In this document: piece after piece, positions 1 to 7,571 of the stretch
Numbering within the stretch: the first letter of the stretch is position 1
How the letters are laid out: the number at the start of each line of letters is the position of its first letter
Assembly: GCA_040752415.1 (NCBI GenBank)
Contig: JBFMGU010000034.1
Coordinates: 1-55,622, forward strand
DNA: 55,622 nt
Direction of reading: 5' to 3'
DNA from: Myxococcota bacterium
GTDB lineage: Bacteria > Myxococcota > JACRCW01
Translations under genes and position numbers: made by a program
The notes under the pieces: generated by a model
Told to the model about the DNA's origin: nothing
Database searches by the model: none
The model's input: only the letters and a program-made list of their open reading frames with translations

Positions 1-374
1 GTGACCGGGCGGGTGGGCGCGGTTGGCTCGACGTGGACGGCGGCGGCGGCGGCGGGCGCCTCTTCCTCGGCCTGGGGCTGGGCGGCGGCGGGCATCACGG
101 GAGCCGGGGCGGCAGCGGGTGCCTCGGCGGCGGCCGCGGGGGCCTCACCTTCCGGACCGGCCTCATCCCGACGGCGACGGAGCACCGTGCGGACGACCTT
201 CTTGTCCTCGGCCTTCTTTTCCGGCGGCTTGACCAGGGCCCGACGAGCGTCCTCCTCGTCCACCGTGCTGGAGTGGCTCTTGACGGAGAAACCCGCCGCC
301 ACCAGGCGACGCACGCACTCCTGGTTCTCCAGTCCCAACTCCTTGGCCAGCTCATAAACGCGAATCTTGCCCAT
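1..374 (-). CDS. infB: Translation initiation factor IF-2, N-terminal part (runs off the window edge)
   Basis: Manual translation from ATG at 374: MGKIRVYELAKELGLENQECVRRLVAAGFSVKSHSSTVDEEDARR, a typical IF2_N start; GAGG RBS upstream; lies downstream of nusA-ylxR. Confidence 0.93.
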   Translation of the reverse strand, partial: MGKIRVYELAKELGLENQECVRRLVAAGFSVKSHSSTVDEEDARRALVKPPEKKAEDKKVVRTVLRRRRDEAGPEGEAPAAAAEAPAAAPAPVMPAAAQPQAEEEAPAAAAAVHVEPTAPTRPV

Positions 375-428
375 CCAGTTGACCTCGTTGCCTTCCGGCT
401 ACCTGCACCCCAATGCCACGCAAATCCA

Positions 429-461
429 TGCCCCCCGCGCGCCTTCAGAAAACGGGGGGCA
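429..461 (-). terminator. Intergenic stem-loop between ylxR and infB (terminator, pause or processing site)
   Basis: Perfect 9-bp inverted repeat tgccccccg (429-437) / cggggggca (453-461); no strong U-tract. Confidence 0.35.
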
Positions 462-466
462 CCGCT

Positions 467-1141
467 CTACGCTCCAGACTCACCAGTTTCAACCGCTTGC
501 GCGGTCCTTGCGGCTGGTGGCGACTCAACGGTGGCCCTCAGCGCACGGACGGCTTCCAGGTGCCACCGGATTTCGTCCGCCAGTTCTAACGATTCCACCG
601 TCATGACCGCCACGTCGGTCTTTCCCACCGCCGCCCCCAGCTGGGCCATGGGTGGTGCATCCACCACGGGCACACCCACGTGGCGCGCCGCATCCACGGC
701 GTGACGACGGGTGCGCTCCGCGGCGTCGGTGGCCACGAGCAAGAGGTGGGCGCGCTGGGACGTGAGCGAGCGCTCCGTCTCATCCGCGCCGATCCGCACC
801 GCTCCCTGTCGACGGCTCAGGCCCAGCAGCTTCTCCGCGCGCTCCGCCAGCGCTTCCGCCGCCGACGGGATCAGCTCCTCCGCGCGACACACCACCGGCT
901 CATGCAGGCTGCGGGAGAACGCGCCGCGCTCCACCGCGTTCTTGATGCACGTGGGCGCGGGACAGGTGTGGGCACCGCGGCCGGGGAGACGCCGGTAGAC
1001 GTCCACCGCGAGCTGGTGCTTGGGACCGGGCGCAAAGCGCAGCAGCCGGGACGCGGGCGCACGACGACGACACGCCGCGCACTGCCGCTCCGCGCGCGAG
1101 CCGCCCTCCTGCTTTCCGCCCTGCCCTTGCTGCTGCGCCAT
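467..1141 (-). CDS. ylxR: YlxR (DUF448)-L7Ae family RNA-binding fusion protein
   Basis: N-half ERQCAACRR..LLRF..LPGRGAHTC..CIKNA is YlxR-like; C-half LLGLSRRQG..LLLVATDAA..LGAAVGK is L7Ae/YlxQ-like; located between nusA and infB. Alternative GTG start at 1147. Confidence 0.88.
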   Translation of the reverse strand: MAQQQGQGGKQEGGSRAERQCAACRRRAPASRLLRFAPGPKHQLAVDVYRRLPGRGAHTCPAPTCIKNAVERGAFSRSLHEPVVCRAEELIPSAAEALAERAEKLLGLSRRQGAVRIGADETERSLTSQRAHLLLVATDAAERTRRHAVDAARHVGVPVVDAPPMAQLGAAVGKTDVAVMTVESLELADEIRWHLEAVRALRATVESPPAARTAQAVETGESGA

Positions 1142-1164
1142 GTCCACGCTCCGCCTCCGCCCTT

Positions 1165-2856
1165 TCAGGCCTGGGCCTCCGCGGTCCCCTCGGCGCCCTG
1201 GGCGGGCGGGTTGGGCACGGCGGTGGCGTCAAAGTGCTTGGCCTCCTCCAGCTCCTGCTTGCTGAGGGCCTCCTGCCAGACCGGGGCCTTCCCACCGGTG
1301 ACGGCGGCGAGCTGTTCGCCCACGTTGCGGCAGAGCTGCTTCACCTTGGCCAGGTGGATCCCGGTGGCGGCGGCAATGTTGGTGATGCTGCGCTCGAAGT
1401 AGAGGTCCTCCGGCGCGTCGAAGCCCGCGTCCACCAGGCGGCCCAGGCACACCGGGGTCATGGTCTCCAGCGCACGCATGCGCGCGTGATCCTTCTCCAG
1501 CGCGTTGGCGCCCTCGGCGGCGTCGCGGGCCTTGTCGGCGGCGCGGTCAATGGCCAAGAGCACGCCGGCGTCCGCGCGGGCCACCTGCTTCTCCTGCACC
1601 TTCTCCGTCTTCTCCGCGCTGACCACCTTCTTGGCCGCTTCCTTCACGCGCACCACCGCCTCGGGGCTGAAGCCGGGGAGGCTGGCCAGGAAGTCATCCT
1701 CGGCGTCCACCACGTCCTGCGCACTGCGGAAGCCGTGGTTGTACAGCGTCTGCACCACGAACTCGCTGAGGCCCTCGATCCGGCTCAGGGAGCGGAACGC
1801 CACCTCACGCTGCTCCATCACCTTGGTCTCGCTGGTGATGTCGATCTTCCAGCCCGTGAGCTGGGCGGCCAGGCGTACGTTCTGACCACGACGCCCGATG
1901 GCGAGCGAGAGCTGGTCATCCGGCACCACGATCTCCATGGCGTGGTTGGTCTCGTCGATGAGCACGCGGGACACTTCCGCGGGGCTGAGCGCATTGCACA
2001 CGAAGCGCGCGGGATCCTCGTCAAACGGGATGATGTCGATCTTCTCGCCCCGCAGCTCCTGCACCACGGCCTGCACGCGGGAGCCCTTCATGCCCACGCA
2101 CGCGCCCACCGGGTCCACGTCGTAGTCCTTGCTGCTGACGGCGATCTTGGCGCGCACGCCCGGCTCCCGGGCCGCGGTCTCGATCTTCACGATCCCCTCG
2201 GCAATCTCGGGGACCTCCTGCTCGAACAGCTTGATGAGCAGGCCGGGGTGGGTGCGGGAGAGCACCACCTGGGGGCCCTTGCTGACCTCGAGCACGTCGG
2301 CCACGTACGCCTGGATGCGGTCACCGGTGCGGTAGTTCTCACGCGGGACCTGCTCACGCACGGGCAGCACCGCCTCCGCGCGACCCAGGTCCACGATGAT
2401 GTTGCCGCGCTCGAACCGACGGGCGATGCCGGTGACCAGCTCACCCTTGCGGTCCTTGTACTCGTCAAAGATGTTGCTGCGCTCCGCCTCACGGACGCGC
2501 TGGATGATGACCTGCTTGGCGGTCTGGGCGGCAATGCGGCCGAAGTCCGCGCTCTCCACCTTGATGCCGATGTCGTCGCCGACGGACTCCTCGGTGAGGT
2601 CGGGGTCCAGCTGCTTGGCCTCCTCGAAGGAGATCTCCAGGGCCTTGTTGGTCACGTCGGTGACGATCTTCTTGAACTCATAGATCTCAATCTCGCCCGT
2701 CTCCTCGTTGAAGCGGGCTTCCATGTCCGTGGTCAGCCCGAACCGCTTGCGGGCCGCGGTCAGCATGGCGGCTTCCAGCGCCTCCACGAGGACGCGCTTG
2801 TCAATGCCCTTGTCCTTGCCCACCTGCTCGAGGACGAAGTTGAGATTGGGCTCCAT
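1165..2856 (-). CDS. nusA: Transcription termination/antitermination factor NusA
   Basis: [16 protein letters not shown]1/KH motifs [15 protein letters not shown] and [15 protein letters not shown], acidic C-terminal extension. Confidence 0.98.
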   Translation of the reverse strand: MEPNLNFVLEQVGKDKGIDKRVLVEALEAAMLTAARKRFGLTTDMEARFNEETGEIEIYEFKKIVTDVTNKALEISFEEAKQLDPDLTEESVGDDIGIKVESADFGRIAAQTAKQVIIQRVREAERSNIFDEYKDRKGELVTGIARRFERGNIIVDLGRAEAVLPVREQVPRENYRTGDRIQAYVADVLEVSKGPQVVLSRTHPGLLIKLFEQEVPEIAEGIVKIETAAREPGVRAKIAVSSKDYDVDPVGACVGMKGSRVQAVVQELRGEKIDIIPFDEDPARFVCNALSPAEVSRVLIDETNHAMEIVVPDDQLSLAIGRRGQNVRLAAQLTGWKIDITSETKVMEQREVAFRSLSRIEGLSEFVVQTLYNHGFRSAQDVVDAEDDFLASLPGFSPEAVVRVKEAAKKVVSAEKTEKVQEKQVARADAGVLLAIDRAADKARDAAEGANALEKDHARMRALETMTPVCLGRLVDAGFDAPEDLYFERSITNIAAATGIHLAKVKQLCRNVGEQLAAVTGGKAPVWQEALSKQELEEAKHFDATAVPNPPAQGAEGTAEAQA

Positions 2857-2859
2857 GGT

Positions 2860-3471
2860 TCACTCCCTGCCGCCGCTGTCGCGACGGGTCTGCTTGCCGT
2901 TCATGTGGGAACGCGGGGCGTTCCGGTTGTGGGGGTTCTTGGCGCCGGAGTGCTGCGGCGGCGCCGGCTTCTTGCCCGGTTTGACCGGGGTCTGGAACTG
3001 GTAGACCACGTGGGCGCTGGCCACGACGTCAAACGGGATGGTGCGGCCGGTGCCGTCCACCTGGACCACCAGCTCGTTCTCGCCCACGCCGCTGAGGATC
3101 CCGCGGTGGACGCGGCTGCCATCCACCTTGCCGTCGGTCTTGATCACCACCTCCTCGCCCATGGCGGCCTGGAAGTGGGAGCGCTTGGCCAGCGGGCGGT
3201 CCACGCCGGGGCTGCTGACCTCCAGCGCGTACTTCACGGGGATGGGATCCTCCACGTCCAGGAGGTCCCCCAGCGTGCCGCTGAGCTCTTCCAGCGCGGC
3301 CAGGCTGATGCCCCCGGCGCGGTCCGCGTAGACGCGCAGCGTGGGGCTGGGCCCGCCCTCCTGGAACTGGATGTCCACCAGCTCCAGGCCGCGACGACGG
3401 ATCACCGGGTCAATGATCTCCCGGACCTTCAGCGCCAGCGGATGATGTCTTCCAATCAGAGGTTCCAACAC
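2860..3471 (-). CDS. rimP: Ribosome maturation factor RimP
   Basis: LRVYAD..GI, YALEVSSPGVDRPL; first gene of the nusA operon; GGGAG RBS before GTG. Confidence 0.95.
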   Translation of the reverse strand: MLEPLIGRHHPLALKVREIIDPVIRRRGLELVDIQFQEGGPSPTLRVYADRAGGISLAALEELSGTLGDLLDVEDPIPVKYALEVSSPGVDRPLAKRSHFQAAMGEEVVIKTDGKVDGSRVHRGILSGVGENELVVQVDGTGRTIPFDVVASAHVVYQFQTPVKPGKKPAPPQHSGAKNPHNRNAPRSHMNGKQTRRDSGGRE

Positions 3472-3499
3472 GGCCCTATCTCCCGACGTGGCGCGGACG

Positions 3500-3720
3500 A
3501 AAAGCCGCCCGCTCCCTCACCACCCGCAGCGGTATCCGCCGGGGCAATGAGAGGCAGCACAACCCCAAGGAGGTGAGACTGGAGCGTCCGTTCCCGACGG
3601 GGCGGCCACGAGGGGCCTGCGCACCGCCGGCGGTCACGCGGACGCGACCCCGAGGGCGACCCGGTTGCCTTCACCGGGTCAGGCTCAGCCGAGGACGGAT
3701 GCCCCCGGTTGGACCTTGTT
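3500..3720 (-). ncRNA. Candidate structured 5' leader / attenuator of the rimP-nusA-infB operon
   Basis: Helices visible by eye at 3689-3708, 3658-3680 and 3632-3649; an 18-nt strand 3504-3521 is complementary to three 6-mers (3572-3577, 3581-3586, 3601-3606) and is followed by TTTT on the minus strand. Confidence 0.55.
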
Positions 3721-3727
3721 GGCGGCC

Positions 3728-3756
3728 GCTATGCCGAAGGAGCAACAAGTTGTCAA
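3728..3756 (-). promoter_or_regulatory. Sigma70-type promoter for the rimP operon
   Basis: Minus strand TTGACA (3756-3751), 17-nt spacer, CATAGC (3733-3728); predicted start near 3720. Confidence 0.65.
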
Positions 3757-3860
3757 GTTGCGCCCTCGTTCCAGCCCCCGGCAACGACCGGTGGGGGCGC
3801 GCTCATGCTAAGGCCCGGGCGGTCTTCTCAGCGACGGGGTGCCACGTGCGAGCCGGGGCG

Positions 3861-4400
3861 ATGGTGTGGATGGTGTTGGGGGTGGCGGGGGCGGCGTGTC
3901 CGGGCCAGGACCAGAAGCCGCAGCCGCAGCGGACGCAGGTGGCGGGGAGCGTGTTCCGGAGGAGCTTCCCGGAGGCGTCCGCGGCGTTCTCCGAGCAGAC
4001 CACGGGCAACACGCGCTCCGTCATCATCCGCGTCACCAACCGCCCTGACACCTGCGAGGCGGTGCATGACCCCTCCGACGTCATGGACCCTTCCCTGCTG
4101 GTGACCATCACGCCCGACCAGACCGGGAAGTACCCCGTGGTGGACCCGGCCAACCCGCCGCCGGCGCAGTACGCCTCCGCCACGCTGCTGACCTACACGG
4201 ACCTCCCCGACGGCGGCGTTCCCGACGGTGGCGACGCGGGCCTGCAGCCGGTGCTGCTGCACGCCACGGCGGGTGAGGTGGAGGTGACCGACTACGTTCC
4301 CGGAGAGGACGGCGTGCTGAACGCGAGCGTGGTGCTGGTGTTTGGCGACGCGGGCTACGTGGGCAAGCTGGGCGCCACGGGCTGCGACCGGGTGCGTTGA
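3861..4400 (+). CDS. Hypothetical exported protein, probable lipoprotein
   Basis: Hydrophobic N-terminus ending AGAAC; high-GC3 codons; beta-rich body with LPDGGVPDGGDAG. Start uncertain. Confidence 0.7.
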   Translation: MVWMVLGVAGAACPGQDQKPQPQRTQVAGSVFRRSFPEASAAFSEQTTGNTRSVIIRVTNRPDTCEAVHDPSDVMDPSLLVTITPDQTGKYPVVDPANPPPAQYASATLLTYTDLPDGGVPDGGDAGLQPVLLHATAGEVEVTDYVPGEDGVLNASVVLVFGDAGYVGKLGATGCDRVR

Positions 4401-4506
4401 GCCAGCGGCTCCCCAAAAAGGGTTGGCGGAGGCGTTGCCCTGGGCGGGAGGGCGTGCGTAAGGTCCGCGCCCCTTGAATGCGCCCTCGCGGGTGCTTGGG
4501 AGCCGC

Positions 4507-6585
4507 ATGTCTACTGCAATGTCTCGTTGGTTGGGTGGTGTGGCGCTGCTGGCGTTGGCCGGTGGCACCGGATGCGATCTGCTCGCGCAGCTGGGTCAGC
4601 GCCCGGTGGTCCTGGAGTTCACGTTGGACGGCCGCTCGCCGGGGGAGGCGTGCAAGGCGCAGGGAGCGGTGCACGTGAAGGCGCGCGCGCGCTGGACCGA
4701 CGGGAACGGCAACCCGCAGAACAGCGAGGGAAGCGCCTCCTGCGAGAGCGGCAAGGTGACGGTGAACATGGGCGCGGCGGGCACGGTGCAGATCACCGCG
4801 TACGACGCCGACAGCGCCGACGCCACCGTGATGGGCGTGAGCGCGCCGATCCCGGTGGACCCCGCCACGGCCACCGCCGACCAGCCCGTGGCGAAGGTGG
4901 ACATCATCCCGCTGCGCGGCACCATCAGCGTCACGGTGACCTGCGACGGCGGGAGCTGCGCCGGCCAGCTGCAGACCACCGGCGACCGCGCCCCGGTGCT
5001 CAAGGTGTATCTGGACACCAGCGGTCGCGACCTGGAGCAGGTGGACACCGTGCCGCTGACGCTGGGTGGCGACGGAACCCTCACGGGCAGCACCCACCGC
5101 GCGCGCGTGGAGGCCATCAACGTGCTGCGCGCCGAGGCGTACACCACGGGGGGCGAGTTCCTGCGCGGCGAGCAGAGCGTGCGCCTGGCGCGGCTGAGCG
5201 AGAGCGTGGCGCTGGACCTCCGCCCGGCCATCACCGGCTTTGACGCCGGCTTCCACCGCCCCGACGGCGGGTTCATCACCAGCAGCTCGTCGTCGTCTTC
5301 CAGCAGCTCGTCGTCGTCCTCCAGCGGCTCGGTCACGGGGACCAGCAGCAGCGCGTCGTCCAGCACCAGCGGCACGAGCAGCAGCGCGTCGTCGAGCACG
5401 GGTGGGGTGACCAGCAGCAGCGCGTCCTCCAGCACGGGCGGCACCAGCAGCAGCGCGTCCTCCAGCTCGAGCACCAGCAGCAGCGCGTCCAGCTCCACGA
5501 GTTCCTCGAGCGGCGTGGTGGGGACGTCCACCAGCTCGTCCTCGTCGTCGTCCAGCAGCAGCTCCTCCAGTGGCGCCACCAGCAGCAGCACGGCGAGCAG
5601 TACCAGCAGCAGCTCGTCAAGCTCCACGAGCAGCAGCAGCTCCAGCAGCTCCTCCTCGAGCTCCTCGTCGGGCGGCGCGAATGTCACGACCAACTGCACG
5701 GACTTCTGCACGCAGGTCATGGCTAGCTGCACGGGCAGGAACCTTCAGTACATCGACCAGGCCCACTGCGAGGCCGCGTGCACCCAGTACGCCACGGGAA
5801 CAGCGGGCGCGATGACGGGCAATACGTTTGCGTGTCGTGCAGAGTACTCGGCGGTGGCGGAAGCCGGCACCAACGTGACGGAGAACTGTATTGCCGCCGG
5901 TCCGACGGGCCTGGATGCAGCCCACTGCCAGGACGCGGCCGACGCGCAGTGCGGCTACTACTGCGACCTCATCGGCGACGCGAACGGCTGTGGCTTTGGC
6001 GCGTTGACCGAGCGGTACACCGACCGCACGGACTGCATTGCGGACTGCTCAGCGGCGTTCCGCTACTACAACTATGGCGCATTCAATGACGCCGCGACGA
6101 CGCGCGACACACTGGAGTGCCGTACGTACTACGCCTTGCAGCAGATCCTCGACGGGACCGACCCGACGGACTGCGTCAACGCCGACGCGATTGGCGCCAC
6201 CCCGTCAGTTGCGTGCACTGACGTTCCCGCCGTGGTGAACGGCTGCGCCTCGGGTGACTACGACACCGTGGACAACACGCCGTCCATCAACGGCAACAAC
6301 TACAGCCCCAAGTGCATCAAGGTCTCCGCCGGCGGTAGCGGCGTGGCCATCACCATCCCTGGTGACACCAACGACCCCGTGCAGGGCCAGTTCCGCGTGG
6401 CCAACGTGCCCAACCCGTTCGTGGTGGGCGCCGACGAGAACGCCACGGGCCAGACCAGCGACAACACGCAGACGCTCATGACGCCGGGCTTCTACGGCTA
6501 CTACAGCAGCGCCAACGGTCAGCCCGATTGGTCCGTGGATGACCAGCAGAACCGCATGGTGGGCACCATCTGGGTGACGCCGTAA
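4507..6585 (+). CDS. Multidomain surface lipoprotein: N-terminal beta domains, Ser/Thr linker, two Cys-rich repeats, C-terminal cupredoxin-like domain
   Basis: GGGAG RBS; lipobox-like LALAGGTGC; poly-Ser linker; repeats CTDFC..QY..C..C..GNTFACR and CGYYC..RY..C..C..DTLECR; YSPKCIKVSAG..PGFYGYY..MVGTIWV. Confidence 0.8.
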   Translation: MSTAMSRWLGGVALLALAGGTGCDLLAQLGQRPVVLEFTLDGRSPGEACKAQGAVHVKARARWTDGNGNPQNSEGSASCESGKVTVNMGAAGTVQITAYDADSADATVMGVSAPIPVDPATATADQPVAKVDIIPLRGTISVTVTCDGGSCAGQLQTTGDRAPVLKVYLDTSGRDLEQVDTVPLTLGGDGTLTGSTHRARVEAINVLRAEAYTTGGEFLRGEQSVRLARLSESVALDLRPAITGFDAGFHRPDGGFITSSSSSSSSSSSSSSSGSVTGTSSSASSSTSGTSSSASSSTGGVTSSSASSSTGGTSSSASSSSSTSSSASSSTSSSSGVVGTSTSSSSSSSSSSSSSGATSSSTASSTSSSSSSSTSSSSSSSSSSSSSSGGANVTTNCTDFCTQVMASCTGRNLQYIDQAHCEAACTQYATGTAGAMTGNTFACRAEYSAVAEAGTNVTENCIAAGPTGLDAAHCQDAADAQCGYYCDLIGDANGCGFGALTERYTDRTDCIADCSAAFRYYNYGAFNDAATTRDTLECRTYYALQQILDGTDPTDCVNADAIGATPSVACTDVPAVVNGCASGDYDTVDNTPSINGNNYSPKCIKVSAGGSGVAITIPGDTNDPVQGQFRVANVPNPFVVGADENATGQTSDNTQTLMTPGFYGYYSSANGQPDWSVDDQQNRMVGTIWVTP
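5281..5670 (+). repeat. Low-complexity Ser-rich coding repeat (about five TSSSASSS units plus poly-Ser)
   Basis: Recurring ac(c/g)agcagcagcgcgtc units between 5341 and 5500. Confidence 0.85.
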
Positions 6586-6602
6586 ACGCACCGCACGCTG
6601 AG
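6546..6602 (+). repeat. Direct repeat copy A (3' end of the lipoprotein gene plus downstream bases)
   Basis: 21-mer accatctgggtgacgccgtaa (6565-6585) is identical to 11083-11103; flanking gcagaacc and cgcacgctgag are also shared. Confidence 0.9.
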
Positions 6603-6921
6603 GTCGGCCGACGCGAACGAGGTACGCCGGGGGGAAACTGAACGGCCGCGCGTTCGCGAGCCCGCTGTTCACTCGCACGATGTGTGAACGCGGTCGCGCC
6701 GTCGGTCCCGGCAATGGTCTTTGCGCGCAGCCGACACGTTGCCCTTCCAGCTTCGCAAGGGCGCTGAGGCCCCCCACGGCGTGGCGCGGATGAACACAGT
6801 TGCGCGACGGCTGGGGCTGACTTCGTTCGTTGCGATTGATGCCCGTCGTACGTTGAAGCGGGCCCCCAAGTAGAGCAATGCTCCGTGGACTTGGCAGGCT
6901 CGGCGCCAATCGAGGAGCCCC

Positions 6922-7554
6922 ATGTGGCGAAAAACAACCCGGCTCACCAAGGTGCATGCCATCTTGCTACCGCTGTTGTTGATGGTGGCCGCTGCGGCAG
7001 GTGCGGGATGCCAGTATTTTCAGATCGCGTCCTGCGATTCGCCCGACGACGACTGCGGAACAGGGCACTATTGCGACGTGGAGGAAGGGTTGTGTCGCCA
7101 AGGCAGCCCACCAGACGCCGGTCACGTGGGTTCCCCTGATGCCGGTGGGGTGGGATCTTCAGCCAGCTCCTCCTCCTCTTCCTCCGGCACCGGCGGGACG
7201 ACTTCGACAAGCGCCGCGTCATCCGCTTCGTCAAGCCTCTCTGCCACAACGGGAAGCCAAAGCAGCACGACGGCCACCGCTTCCACGACCAGTTCCGCTG
7301 GGGGAACCACGTCCAGCGGTTCCTCGAGTGGGCCCGCCACCAGCTCGGCGACTTCTTCCTCAGCAAGTGCATCGTCCTCGACCGGAGGAACAGCGCCGCC
7401 GCGGCTGACCTACTCGATTGGTGCGGCCGGCACCGCTGAGGCGTCCGGCGTGCGGGTGCACTTTTCTCTGTCCGAACCCCTGGGCGCCCCGATGACAGGC
7501 GCCCAGATCACGCTGATCCCCGGTGTCCTCCCGCAAGTGACCTCGGCTCCGTGA
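6922..7554 (+). CDS. Lipoprotein with small Cys-rich domain, Ser/Thr linker and short C-terminal beta module
   Basis: GAGGAG RBS; signal ending AAAGAGC; CDSPDDDCGTGHYCDVEEGLC; C-terminal YSIGAAG..HFSLSEP..TLIPG. Confidence 0.75.
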   Translation: MWRKTTRLTKVHAILLPLLLMVAAAAGAGCQYFQIASCDSPDDDCGTGHYCDVEEGLCRQGSPPDAGHVGSPDAGGVGSSASSSSSSSGTGGTTSTSAASSASSSLSATTGSQSSTTATASTTSSAGGTTSSGSSSGPATSSATSSSASASSSTGGTAPPRLTYSIGAAGTAEASGVRVHFSLSEPLGAPMTGAQITLIPGVLPQVTSAP

Positions 7555-7571
7555 CCCCTGGAGGTACTATC

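Noticed and set aside
1234..3576. 780-aa plus-strand ORF, and similar long antisense ORFs (e.g. 31205-33682, 48820-51006, 11171-13177)
   Set aside because: Shadows of real opposite-strand genes in a high-GC3 genome; no recognisable motifs
3640..3720. TPP-riboswitch-like start (GGGG..GGCTGAG..ACCC) in the rimP leader
   Set aside because: The CCTGA..TAAT..GCG..GG half is missing and the gene context is wrong
3472..3860. tRNA, SRP or 6S RNA upstream of rimP
   Set aside because: No T-loop GTTCGA or CCA end, no SRP helix-8 motif, and the 5' and 3' ends do not pair into a 6S rod
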